From the NCBI GenBank assembly GCA_019454875.1, contig JACFNL010000001.1, positions 7,511 to 71,510 on the forward strand: a stretch of 64,000 nucleotides of DNA. Direction: 5' to 3'. The stretch is from Candidatus Cloacimonadota bacterium (GTDB taxonomy: Bacteria > Muiribacteriota > UBA6191). Shown here piece by piece: positions 56,054-64,000 of this stretch (position 1 is its first letter; the number at the start of each line of letters is the position of its first letter). A program made the translations under genes and the position numbers. The notes beneath the pieces were generated by a model, which saw only the letters and a list, made by a program, of their open reading frames with translations, ran no database searches and had not been told where the DNA came from.

Positions 56054-56102
56054 ATTTACAGAGACCAAATTTTTATACATTTTTTTAATGCGAAATCCCA
56101 AC

Positions 56103-56131
56103 TTTACAGACAAATTAAGCTATGATAATAT
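56103..56131 (+). promoter_or_regulatory. Candidate sigma70-type promoter for tRNA-Leu
   Basis: TTTACA (56103-08), a 17-nt spacer, then TAATAT (56126-31). The tRNA 5' end is 19 nt downstream. Confidence 0.35.
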
Positions 56132-56150
56132 GGGCACCCTCCAGATTTGA

Positions 56151-56234
56151 GCGGTGGTGGTGGAACTGGTAGACACGCAAGTTTGAGGGGCTTGTGGCCG
56201 CAAGGTCGTAGGGGTTCAAGTCCCCTCTACCGCA
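56151..56234 (+). tRNA. tRNA-Leu (anticodon GAG)
   Basis: Type-II tRNA: acceptor GCGGTGG/CTACCGC, anticodon stem CAAGT/GCTTG with loop TTGAGGG, a long variable arm, and T-loop TTCAAGT. No CCA is encoded. Its 3' end overlaps the stop codon region of the aldolase gene on the opposite strand by ~8 nt. Confidence 0.85.
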
Positions 56235-56967
56235 TTTTCTGTAGAATGGATTCTACAATACTTCTTTTGATTTCTTCCTTATCCAATTCTTCTAAGTTTT
56301 TAGCTGTTGCGCAGGGCTTACAATTGATAAATGGGCCCTTCATCCCATAACCCTCCCGTAAATCCTCAAGCATACGCACCGTCTTTTTATCAATCAGGCT
56401 AGGACTTCCACTCATTCTTGCAAGGTAGGAAATTCTGGCAAAATGCTCGACAGTTTCCAGGCGGTTGAATGCATCTTCCAGATTGCTACCCCCAACTACT
56501 AGCCCATGATTTGCCAATAACACGGCATTTGCTGATCGAATCAGAGGCCGGATTCCCTCAGAAAGACCGCTCGTGGAGGGAATGGCAATTTTGGCTTTTG
56601 GTACAGAACCCAACCCAACCACAGACTCAGTCATAAGACAGTCATCAAGCTCCCAGTCCGTACAGGCAAACACGGTGGCCCAGGTCGGATGACAATGCAA
56701 AACAGCATATATGTCAGCCCTTTCCTCATAAAACACTCTGTGCATCAGAAACTCAGAGGAAGGCTTCTGAGACGGATTCTTTGGCACATGCGATGCATCA
56801 AGCTCCACCAAATCGGATTCCACAAGCAAACCCTTGTTCCTGCCACTTGGAGTAACCAAAAATCCCCCCTGCAACCGTGCAGATACATTGCCATCAGTGG
56901 AAATCAGATAATGTCTGTCAAACATTAACCTGCAGAATTGAATCAAATCAGATCTTGTGGGATACAT
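56227..56967 (-). CDS. Class II aldolase/adducin-family protein (fuculose-phosphate aldolase / MtnB-like)
   Basis: Family-typical metal-binding His context (VLHCHPTWATVFA...HGLVVGG). 246 aa. Confidence 0.75.
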   Translation of the reverse strand: MYPTRSDLIQFCRLMFDRHYLISTDGNVSARLQGGFLVTPSGRNKGLLVESDLVELDASHVPKNPSQKPSSEFLMHRVFYEERADIYAVLHCHPTWATVFACTDWELDDCLMTESVVGLGSVPKAKIAIPSTSGLSEGIRPLIRSANAVLLANHGLVVGGSNLEDAFNRLETVEHFARISYLARMSGSPSLIDKKTVRMLEDLREGYGMKGPFINCKPCATAKNLEELDKEEIKRSIVESILQKMR

Positions 56968-57731
56968 GCCCGCCTACCAATCGCCACACGCCTGGCCTTA
57001 TCATCTTTTTGCCATCCGCAGAAAATATCATCCCCGGTAAATTCAAACAACCAATCGGATACATCATAGGGACTCCCTCTCATAACTACCCGTTGCCCCA
57101 AAAAACACAAAATTTCTTCACAGATAAGACTCATCTCAAAAATCTCATGTCCCGCATAAACAATTCCCATGCCCGACTTTTTAAGATTAACAAGGGTGGA
57201 AATCAGGATTCTAACTGTCACCGGATCCACTCCTGCAAACGGCTCATCCAACAATAAAACCTTGGGTCTCATACACAAAACAGATGCCAGAGCTACCCTT
57301 CTCTTCTCTCCACCGGACAACTGTAAGGGATCCCTTTCCAGAAAAGTAGCCCCATCGGAAAAACCACATTGTTTCAACACGGATACCAGATAGGCATCAT
57401 CTGGCTTCTCAAGATTAAAATTTTGGGGAGCAAAAAGAAGCTCTTCCCGCACCGAAGCACAAAACAGCTGATCTTCTGGCTGCTGAAACACGGAACCTAT
57501 AGACGGTGGTTGCGGATGTTTTCCATCCAGTGTCACACAAATCGGGCCTTCTTCGTGTTCACCGGCCAATATACTCAAAAAGGAACTTTTACCAGATCCG
57601 GTACTACCACATAACCCAATGATCCCTTTTGAAGTATCAAGCATAAACTCACTGTGCAACCTAAGACCAACACACTCAAATGGAGTGGATTCGCCATAGA
57701 TGAGACTGCCTTGACCAATCATAAACTGCAT
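56943..57731 (-). CDS. ABC transporter ATP-binding protein (small, EcfA/CbiO-like)
   Basis: GSTGSGKSS, LSGGEKRR, LLLDEPFAGVD. Confidence 0.8.
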   Translation of the reverse strand: MQFMIGQGSLIYGESTPFECVGLRLHSEFMLDTSKGIIGLCGSTGSGKSSFLSILAGEHEEGPICVTLDGKHPQPPSIGSVFQQPEDQLFCASVREELLFAPQNFNLEKPDDAYLVSVLKQCGFSDGATFLERDPLQLSGGEKRRVALASVLCMRPKVLLLDEPFAGVDPVTVRILISTLVNLKKSGMGIVYAGHEIFEMSLICEEILCFLGQRVVMRGSPYDVSDWLFEFTGDDIFCGWQKDDKARRVAIGRRACIPQDLI

Positions 57732-57740
57732 GCTCTACCT

Positions 57741-58481
57741 TTAAGGTTCACAAAACCCAAGCTCCTTGAATATGGATGATTCAAAAAGAGATCGTCCCGG
57801 ACTAAATTCCTTGAGCTTCTGTTTATGGATTACATAATTGCGATCCAGTAAAAACAACTCACGGGCATTATGACTAACAATTAAAACACCTAAATTCCTT
57901 GATTTGACAAGCTCCTGAAGCAGAGACCTTAACTGGCTGCGCCCCATTGGATCAAGCATTGCAAAAGGTTCATCCAGAATTAAAAATGAGGCTTGGGCCA
58001 CAATACTTCCGGCAATTGCCAATCTCTGCTTCTGGCCCCCGCTCAATGTAGCCGGTGAGCGCATTTCAAAACCGGCTAAACCCACCAGTTCCAAGGCCTC
58101 TTTGACCCTGTCTTTAAGAATTTCTCGTTGAACTCCCCGATTTTCACCAGCAAAAGCCACATCATCACGGATGAGTGAGCCCACAATCTGACAATCCGGG
58201 TTCTGGAATACAAAATAGATCTGATCTCTTAACAATCCCCGGTTTGGTTCAATCAGTACCTTTTCTTCTTTGTCATCCACACCTGCAAAAAATATGCACT
58301 GAGAATCTACTGGAATCAAGCCAAGCAGAGCATGACAAAATGAGGACTTACCAGAACCATTCAGTCCACCAAGCCCAACAATTTCCCCTCGGGAGAGGTG
58401 AAAGTTACCGCCTCTAAAGAGGACTTTATCCGAATTGGAAAGACTCAAATTTTTTACAACAATTTCGGAGATTTTATGCAT
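57741..58481 (-). CDS. ABC transporter ATP-binding protein (small, EcfA/CbiO-like)
   Basis: Start set at the ATG at 58481 (MHKISEIVVKN), directly after the terminator U-tract; the ORF-track GTG at 58499 lies inside the terminator loop. GLNGSGKSS, LSGGQKQR, LILDEPFAMLD. Confidence 0.8.
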   Translation of the reverse strand: MHKISEIVVKNLSLSNSDKVLFRGGNFHLSRGEIVGLGGLNGSGKSSFCHALLGLIPVDSQCIFFAGVDDKEEKVLIEPNRGLLRDQIYFVFQNPDCQIVGSLIRDDVAFAGENRGVQREILKDRVKEALELVGLAGFEMRSPATLSGGQKQRLAIAGSIVAQASFLILDEPFAMLDPMGRSQLRSLLQELVKSRNLGVLIVSHNARELFLLDRNYVIHKQKLKEFSPGRSLFESSIFKELGFCEP

Positions 58482-58488
58482 AAAAAAA

Positions 58489-58506
58489 CCCCCTGTCACC
58501 AGGGGG
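58489..58506 (-). terminator. Rho-independent terminator after rplQ
   Basis: The minus-strand RNA reads GG-CCCCCUG-GUGA-CAGGGGG-UUUUUUU: a 7-bp GC-rich stem, a 4-nt loop and a U7 tract (58488-58482). The U7 tract abuts the AUG of the next gene, so the 3' arm GGGGG serves as that gene's Shine-Dalgarno sequence. Confidence 0.7.
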
Positions 58507-58532
58507 CCTTCGATTCCAAAGAATCAGATACC

Positions 58533-59021
58533 TCAAACCAGACTTAAGATAGCCATCTGAGCATTATCACCCAGACGATGTCCCAACTTCATAATTCTTG
58601 TGTATCCTCCATCGCGACTTGCATAAGCAGGTGCGATTTCTTCTAACAGTTTCTCCACTGGACGAGGAGTTGCTAAAGAAGGAATAGATCGGGTTTCCCC
58701 TGTCTCTCTAGCTTTACGAACAGCTGTTTTGCGCTCTTTAGCCTGCGCTTTACCAAGCTCTTCAAAATTCCTCTGATTCTGACCACTGGTGAAGAAGGAT
58801 GTCAGATTGGAAACATATCTCTGCTTCTCGCTCTCAGGAGCAGCAGCACCTTTTTTTGCCATCGTAATCAGCTTTTCAACAACGGGCTGAACCAGCTTGG
58901 CTTTAGCCAGAGTTGTTGTAATTTTCCCATTACGAATCAGTGCAAAAGCCAGGTTGCGCCGCAAAGCAATCTGATGATTGTGGCTACGACCAAGTTTGGT
59001 CTTGCGCATTCCGTGTCTCAT
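58533..59021 (-). CDS. rplQ: 50S ribosomal protein L17 (with an internal ~35-40-aa insertion)
   Basis: N-terminus MRHGMRKTKLGRSHNHQIALRRNLAFALIRNGKITTTLAKAK and C-terminus ...EEIAPAYASRDGGYTRIMKLGHRLGDNAQMAILSLV match L17. 162 aa, against ~120-130 aa typically. Confidence 0.9.
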   Translation of the reverse strand: MRHGMRKTKLGRSHNHQIALRRNLAFALIRNGKITTTLAKAKLVQPVVEKLITMAKKGAAAPESEKQRYVSNLTSFFTSGQNQRNFEELGKAQAKERKTAVRKARETGETRSIPSLATPRPVEKLLEEIAPAYASRDGGYTRIMKLGHRLGDNAQMAILSLV

Positions 59022-59022
59022 G

Positions 59023-60009
59023 TTATACCCCTTCTCTATCGTCCTTCAACTTCAGGCCGTATTGAGCAAGTTTCTCACGGATCTCAGTCAAAGACTTCTT
59101 ACCAAAATTCTTAATCTGCATTAACTCATCAATGGAAACTTCAGCAAGTTGCCCTAATGTTTTAATGTTACCCATTTCCAGGCAGTTACGGGAGCGAACA
59201 GAGAATTCCAAATCCTTGATTGGAATATCATCGTTGGACTCTACATTCTCTTCCTTCTTGCCCACCAACTGGAAATCAATCATGGCATCCCGCTCTTTTT
59301 TGACCTCAATGCGGTGCATAAAAGAGTAATAGGAAACCAGAATCCGGGCGGCACACTTCAAAACCTCATCAGGCTCCATTGCACCATTGGTTTCAACAGT
59401 AATGGCCAGTTTGTCGTAATTGATATCTTGCCCAACACGAGCATCACTTACATTGTAACTGACTTTACGCACCGGAGTGAAATGCCCATCAATGAACATG
59501 GTGTTCAGGGTCTCATTTCCAGTGCCTTTATAATTCTGGTCATAACCACGGCCTGCTTTAACATCAAGCTCCATGGCCAGTTCCTTCTCACCCGAGGTAA
59601 TTTCGCAGAGCACCAGATCCTTGTTTACAACCTTGACAATATCCTTGTACTTTTCCGGTACACGGATATCACCAGCAGTAACAGGCCCAACACCCTTTTT
59701 AACCAGGGTCAACATAAATGCCTCTTGGATATCGACCTCGCGGCGCAATACGACCTGTTTTAGATTCAAAAGAATCTCTAAAACATCCTCACGGACACCC
59801 TCCACATAGGAGAATTCATGCAGTACGCCTTCGATGCGAACTCCACAAATTGCAATACCTGGAAGCGCAGACAACATCGCACGACGCAATGAGTTGCCTA
59901 GGGTCAGCCCAAATCCTTTTTCCAAAGGTTCGAACACAAAAGTACCACCAAAAGCCGTAGCACCAGAAGTAGCTTCGAATTTAAAATTCGGTTCCTGAAC
60001 AGTTATCAC
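59023..60009 (-). CDS. rpoA: DNA-directed RNA polymerase subunit alpha
   Basis: 328 aa. Position between rpsD and rplQ, with a C-terminal αCTD (…LEFSVRSRNCLEMGNIKTLGQL…). Confidence 0.93.
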   Translation of the reverse strand: MITVQEPNFKFEATSGATAFGGTFVFEPLEKGFGLTLGNSLRRAMLSALPGIAICGVRIEGVLHEFSYVEGVREDVLEILLNLKQVVLRREVDIQEAFMLTLVKKGVGPVTAGDIRVPEKYKDIVKVVNKDLVLCEITSGEKELAMELDVKAGRGYDQNYKGTGNETLNTMFIDGHFTPVRKVSYNVSDARVGQDINYDKLAITVETNGAMEPDEVLKCAARILVSYYSFMHRIEVKKERDAMIDFQLVGKKEENVESNDDIPIKDLEFSVRSRNCLEMGNIKTLGQLAEVSIDELMQIKNFGKKSLTEIREKLAQYGLKLKDDREGV

Positions 60010-60028
60010 CGGGACTCCTCCTCAATGC

Positions 60029-60652
60029 TTATCTAGAGTAAAACTCCACTACCAGATTTTCCTGGACATCCAAATCAATTTTATCCCTGGATGGAATATG
60101 GACGAAAGTTCCCTCCAGCTTGTCCCCATCTACTCTTACCCATTCAGGCAATGACCGCGCAGCAGCATTGGTGAAATTGGACTGTATATGCATTTTGGCC
60201 TTAGAATTCTCTTTAACCGAAATTACATCTCCAGGTTTCACAAGATATGACGGAATGTTGATCATCTTGCCGTTTACCAGAAAGTGCTTGTGAGTTACCC
60301 ACTGGCGCGCTTGTCGCCTGGAGGCCCCAAAACCCATACGGTAAACAACATTGTCCAGTCTGGTCTCAAGAATCTGCATCAGAGCTTCCCCTGTTACCGC
60401 AGACTTTCTAGCCATTTCGTAATACTTAACAAACTGCCGCTCCAAAACCCCATAGGTCTTGCGAAGCTTCTGCTTTTCATACAGCTGAATACCATAGTTA
60501 GACAATTTTTTCAAACGGCGATTGGGCATTGCCCCTGGTGGAACTTCCAATCTTTTGTCGAATTTGACTGAAAAAAACCTCTCGCCTTTAAAAGGAAGCT
60601 TGGTTTTCAGCCTTCGGCAAATTTTTAATGCAGGACCTGTATAGCGTGCCAT
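60029..60652 (-). CDS. rpsD: 30S ribosomal protein S4
   Basis: MARYTGPALKICRRL…, S4 domain, 207 aa. Confidence 0.93.
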   Translation of the reverse strand: MARYTGPALKICRRLKTKLPFKGERFFSVKFDKRLEVPPGAMPNRRLKKLSNYGIQLYEKQKLRKTYGVLERQFVKYYEMARKSAVTGEALMQILETRLDNVVYRMGFGASRRQARQWVTHKHFLVNGKMINIPSYLVKPGDVISVKENSKAKMHIQSNFTNAAARSLPEWVRVDGDKLEGTFVHIPSRDKIDLDVQENLVVEFYSR

Positions 60653-60664
60653 GATTACTCCTCT

Positions 60665-61054
60665 TTACACTCCGCGGCGTTTCTTGGCTTTACAACCGTT
60701 ATGGGGATGGGGGGTAATGTCCCTCAAGGCCGCTACTTTCACCTGAGGAGATACGTGGAATGTCTTTACTGCCGCATCTTTTCCCTGTCCCGGGCCGCTT
60801 ACATACATCTCAACAAAGCTCAGACCCATGTCCAAGCCTTCCTTCAAAACCTTATCCGCAGCTAAAGACGCTGCATAAGGAGTATTCTTACGAGAACCTT
60901 TAAAGCCAACATTACCAGCACTAGACCAAGCAACCACATTACCAGTCATATCTGTCAAAGAAATGATGGTGTTGTTAAAGGTTGCCTGAATATAGACACG
61001 GCCTTTAGTAAGATTCCGTTTGATTTTTTTTACTTTTGCATTTGGATTCGCCAT
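60665..61054 (-). CDS. rpsK: 30S ribosomal protein S11
   Basis: 129 aa; …GVVHIQATFNNTI-like core (GRVYIQATFNNTIISLTD). Confidence 0.93.
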   Translation of the reverse strand: MANPNAKVKKIKRNLTKGRVYIQATFNNTIISLTDMTGNVVAWSSAGNVGFKGSRKNTPYAASLAADKVLKEGLDMGLSFVEMYVSGPGQGKDAAVKTFHVSPQVKVAALRDITPHPHNGCKAKKRRGV

Positions 61055-61070
61055 GATTTACATCCCAGTC

Positions 61071-61448
61071 TTATTTAGTGGCTTTTTTCTTGCTACCAAC
61101 AGTTTTACGAGGTCCCTTACGAGTTCTGGAATTTGTCCTGGTCCTTTGACCACGACAAGGCAGACCACGACGGTGTCGCAAACCACGATAACAGCCAATG
61201 TCCATCAACCTTTTGATGTTCATCATTTTTTCTTTACGCAAATCCCCTTCAACCTTGTAACTTTCCTGAATTTCTTTGGCAATTCTGCCGATTTCCATTT
61301 CAGAAAGATCACGAACACGGGTATCAAAATTAACACCCAGTTTAGTCAGAATTTGCTGAGAAGTGGTCAAACCAATCCCATAAATGTAGGGAAGAGCATA
61401 CTCCACTCTTTTATTCTTAGGCAAATCAACGCCAGCAATACGAGCCAT
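61071..61448 (-). CDS. rpsM: 30S ribosomal protein S13
   Basis: [26 protein letters not shown]…, 125 aa. Confidence 0.93.
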   Translation of the reverse strand: MARIAGVDLPKNKRVEYALPYIYGIGLTTSQQILTKLGVNFDTRVRDLSEMEIGRIAKEIQESYKVEGDLRKEKMMNIKRLMDIGCYRGLRHRRGLPCRGQRTRTNSRTRKGPRKTVGSKKKATK

Positions 61449-61456
61449 GTCTCAAC

Positions 61457-61570
61457 CTACCCTTGTCTTTGCTTATGCTTAATTACATCGCAGATCACTC
61501 GGATGACTCCTTTGCGGCGAATGATCTTGCACTTGTCACAGATTTTCTTGACAGAAGATCTAACTTTCAT
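61457..61570 (-). CDS. rpmJ: 50S ribosomal protein L36
   Basis: Absent from the ORF track (too short). The reverse-strand translation is [37 protein letters not shown] (37 aa), matching the L36 consensus including the Cys/His zinc ribbon. Confidence 0.85.
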   Translation of the reverse strand: MKVRSSVKKICDKCKIIRRKGVIRVICDVIKHKQRQG

Positions 61571-61595
61571 ACTTCACTCCCAAACTACCTGCAAA

Positions 61596-62252
61596 TCATT
61601 TCACTTGCAATGAATTCATAATTAACTCGGTTACCGTGTCCACGGGCAACAGTCCATCTACCGCCACGACACCACGAGCACCACGATAATGTTCCAGAAT
61701 CGGAAGCGTGTTCTCCCGATACACTTCAAGGCGACGACGAATCACATGTTCCTGATCATCATCCCTTAAAACCAGTGCGACTCCCGGAGCCGCATCACTA
61801 AAACCAGCAACTTTTGGAGGGTTGTCAGTAATATGAAACACCTGGTTTGAAACTGGACAAACCCGACGACCACTAAGCCTCTTAACAATCACTTCATCAT
61901 CACAATGAAGATGAATGACAGAGGACACCTCAATTCCTTCATCCAAAAACGCCTTGTCCAACGCTTTAGCCTGAGCCAAAGTTCTTGGAAACCCATCCAG
62001 AATAAACCCGGACTGAGCTACCGCCTGTCTTACGGGCTCCATGACCATATCAATCATCACAGAATCAGGAACCAGATCGCCTCTATCCATAAAGGACTTG
62101 GCCTTCATACCCAGCTCTGTCTTCTCTTTAATTGCATTTCTGAGTAAATCCCCAGTTGAAAGATGCACAAGCCCAAGGGCATTGGCAAGCCGCACAGCCT
62201 GCGTTCCTTTGCCCGCACCAGGAGGTCCCATAAAAATTAGGTTACCCATCAA
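61596..62252 (-). CDS. adk: Adenylate kinase
   Basis: MGNLIFMGPPGAGKGTQA…, with the lid-domain Cys replaced (…CPVSNQVFH…). 218 aa. Confidence 0.92.
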   Translation of the reverse strand: MMGNLIFMGPPGAGKGTQAVRLANALGLVHLSTGDLLRNAIKEKTELGMKAKSFMDRGDLVPDSVMIDMVMEPVRQAVAQSGFILDGFPRTLAQAKALDKAFLDEGIEVSSVIHLHCDDEVIVKRLSGRRVCPVSNQVFHITDNPPKVAGFSDAAPGVALVLRDDDQEHVIRRRLEVYRENTLPILEHYRGARGVVAVDGLLPVDTVTELIMNSLQVK

Positions 62253-63538
62253 TTGTTCCTCAGAAAACCGTCATACTGGCGAGTCACCATGTGTGATTCC
62301 ATCTGGCGGACAGTATCAAGCATTACACCTACTACAATCAGAAGGCTTGTCCCTCCAAAGTAAAAGGTCACATTCATAAACTTGGTCATTAATGGTGGTA
62401 CCATCGAGATTGCAGCCAGAAAGAGGGCTCCACACAATGTAATGCGGGTCACTAGTCTGTCAATGAAATCAGCAGTCTTCTTGCCAGCGCGAATTCCAGG
62501 TATAAACCCACCATGCTTTTTCAGATTTTCAGCCATTTCCACTGGATTCAACTGAATCGCAGTATAAAAATAGGTGAAGAAAATAACCAGAAGACAGTAG
62601 ATGGTCAAATGAACTGGATGAGTATAACCCATATAAATGTTCATTGTCTCAATCCAGGGTGTCTCTGGAAAACGATTCTGGGCATACTGCAAGGCCAAAG
62701 TCGGAAACATCATGACTGACGAGGCAAAAATCACAGGAATCACACCTGCCATATTAACCTTGAGTGGAATAAAGCTCTTTAATCCACCCTGACCCATGCC
62801 TGCATTGCGCCTTGTGTGCTGCACAGGGATCTTGCGAACCCCATCCTGCATAAAAACTACGGCAGCAACCACAGCTAAACAGACAATTCCAATAAGCACT
62901 AATCGCCCCAAATCACTGAATCTGGAGAAATCTGTTACAGCTACAGTCTCCAAAATAGCCTGAGGGAATGTGGCCAAAATACCAGCAGTGATCAATAAAG
63001 ACATGCCATTTCCTATACCTTTGGCAGTCATCTGTTCACCTAGCCACATGATAAAGGCAGTCCCAGCTGTCAGGGTAATCACAGCCATAAGCTTAAAGCC
63101 CATACCAGGATACAACACAATCTGCCCCATGCTTTCAAGCCATACAGCAATACCAAAAGCCTGGATGGCCCCCAATACTACTGTGCCATATTTGGTGTAC
63201 ATGTTGATCTTTTTTCGGCCTTCTGTCCCTTCTTCCTTGTGAAGCTTTTCCAGATAAGGCACCACATACACCAAAAGCTGCATGATTATGGAAGCGTTGA
63301 TATAGGGAGCAATCCCCAGGGAAAACACACTGAATCTCTCCAGAGCCCCCCCTGAAAACATATTTAAAAACCCTAGAACTCCAGCTTGATTAGCAAACAA
63401 TTCCTTCATCGCCAGAGGATCTACACCTGGTGTAGGAATCTGGCATCCGAGACGGAACACTGCAATCATAGCCATGGAGAACAAGAGCCGCGTACGCAGC
63501 TCATCAATCTTCCAAGCATTAGACAGAATACGAAACAC
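62249..63538 (-). CDS. secY: Preprotein translocase subunit SecY
   Basis: 429 aa, 10 TM segments, conserved SecY motifs (…GIQPYITASIIMQLL-like IAPYINASIIMQLL). Confidence 0.93.
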   Translation of the reverse strand: MFRILSNAWKIDELRTRLLFSMAMIAVFRLGCQIPTPGVDPLAMKELFANQAGVLGFLNMFSGGALERFSVFSLGIAPYINASIIMQLLVYVVPYLEKLHKEEGTEGRKKINMYTKYGTVVLGAIQAFGIAVWLESMGQIVLYPGMGFKLMAVITLTAGTAFIMWLGEQMTAKGIGNGMSLLITAGILATFPQAILETVAVTDFSRFSDLGRLVLIGIVCLAVVAAVVFMQDGVRKIPVQHTRRNAGMGQGGLKSFIPLKVNMAGVIPVIFASSVMMFPTLALQYAQNRFPETPWIETMNIYMGYTHPVHLTIYCLLVIFFTYFYTAIQLNPVEMAENLKKHGGFIPGIRAGKKTADFIDRLVTRITLCGALFLAAISMVPPLMTKFMNVTFYFGGTSLLIVVGVMLDTVRQMESHMVTRQYDGFLRNN

Positions 63539-63978
63539 TAAATCACCTCTGCGCTACCGCCGACACTTTTAATCTTAGCAATGGCTGACTGGGAAAACCC
63601 ATGAGCCTTGACAGACAATTTAATTGTCAGTTCACCATCACCCAGAATCTTGATGGGAAGGCTGGCATCACGAACGATACCTCTCTCCAACAGAAGTTCA
63701 GGAGTGACTTCAACACCAGCCTCAAACACACTCAAAGCACTGATGTTCACAGGAGCATATTCTACCCTTGCAAAATTTTTGAAGCCTCTTTTTGGAGTGC
63801 GTCGCTGCAATGGTGTTTGTCCACCTTCAAACCCAGCATAAGGCAGATGTGTGCCCGAACGGCTCTTCTGGCCTTTCTGACCTCTCCCGTTGGTTTTTGA
63901 ACCAGCGCCCTTACCCAAGCCGTATCTCTTGGACTTTTTGCGACCAGTTGTTTGCCACAAAGAATTCAGACTCAACAT
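63538..63978 (-). CDS. rplO: 50S ribosomal protein L15
   Basis: [42 protein letters not shown]…, 146 aa. Its stop overlaps the secY start. Confidence 0.92.
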   Translation of the reverse strand: MLSLNSLWQTTGRKKSKRYGLGKGAGSKTNGRGQKGQKSRSGTHLPYAGFEGGQTPLQRRTPKRGFKNFARVEYAPVNISALSVFEAGVEVTPELLLERGIVRDASLPIKILGDGELTIKLSVKAHGFSQSAIAKIKSVGGSAEVI

Positions 63979-64000
63979 GATTTCCTCACTCTATTTAAAC

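Noticed and set aside
57741-58499. GTG start at 58499 for the ABC ATPase (ORF-track coordinates)
   Set aside because: The GTG lies in the loop of the rplQ terminator hairpin with no RBS. The ATG at 58481 follows the U-tract with GGGGG positioned 7 nt upstream.
61573-61595. Looked for infA (IF-1) and map between adk and rpmJ, as in the canonical spc/alpha cluster order
   Set aside because: Only 25 nt separate the adk stop and the rpmJ start, so neither gene is present here. They must be elsewhere in the genome. This is an ordinary lineage-specific variation, not a missing annotation.
2394-63980. Numerous short plus-strand ORFs (60-160 aa) across the window, e.g. 2394..2729, 16128..16541, 27280..27699, 43996..44424, 59314..59763, 61020..61613
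   Set aside because: All sit antisense inside long, well-supported minus-strand genes (fibre protein, dnaX, secreted proteins, oppD, rpoA, rpsM/rpsK). They have low-complexity translations and no independent support.

Overview
The window is a chromosomal segment of a bacterium, probably diderm. Evidence for a diderm is several lipoprotein lipoboxes, a family-9 LPS-core heptosyltransferase and murA. Almost all genes are on the minus strand and are tightly packed, with many 1-11 nt start/stop overlaps.

Recognisable housekeeping genes:
- ribosomal cluster rplO-secY-adk-rpmJ-rpsM-rpsK-rpsD-rpoA-rplQ (there is no room for map or infA between adk and rpmJ)
- murA, aroC, dnaX, polA-tsaE
- tRNA-Ser(GCT), tRNA-Ser(TGA) and tRNA-Leu(GAG), none with an encoded CCA
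- two complete tandem Opp/Dpp-family peptide ABC loci (binding protein, two permeases, two ATPases, twice)
- a sugar ABC locus with no ATPase
- two small ABC ATPases directly after rplQ.

Accessory content:
- Two tandem paralogous giant secreted fibre-like proteins with a tail-fibre-like 'GA(V/I)TxxKI' repeat tract and a Cys-rich C-terminus, next to an Ig-like lipoprotein. One of the two runs off the window start and is absent from the ORF track.
- A glycine-zipper coiled-coil membrane protein paired with a FapA/DUF342-like β-helix protein.
- A tightly coupled minus-strand gene string (30932..19961) containing the main candidate novel system.
- A third secretion-ATPase-family protein (GspE/MshE-like, 37873..39600) with a well-conserved MshE-N c-di-GMP-binding motif pair and a degenerate ATPase core, co-operonic with polA and tsaE.

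The coupled string 30932..19961 opens with two tandem PilT-family genes. Both have mutated catalytic motifs (Walker A Lys to Arg in one; Walker B Glu and His-box lost in both). They sit directly upstream of three large secreted proteins: Ser/Thr/Pro-rich acidic, Cys-rich, and coiled-coil. Next come a small secreted protein, a 58-aa C2H2-like zinc-finger miniprotein, and a cytoplasmic subtilase fused to an AMPK-β-type glycogen-binding module and an MBL-fold domain with a variant metal motif. The subtilase start is translationally coupled to the zinc-finger gene by a GTGA overlap.

Other notable sequence-level signals:
- an in-frame A8 run in dnaX giving an A-AAA-AAG slippery heptamer, with an immediate +1-frame stop
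- an intrinsic terminator after rplQ whose 3' arm is the Shine-Dalgarno sequence of the next gene
- a terminator overlapping a promoter between two secreted-protein genes
- a perfect 10-bp inverted repeat at the 3' end of an oppA-like gene.

No CRISPR array, IS element, integrase or prophage structural cluster was seen. The fibre-like repeat proteins, TPR proteins and PilT paralogs loosely suggest a Bdellovibrio-like predatory lineage, but this is speculative. Functional calls rest on motifs recognised by eye. No database search was run.
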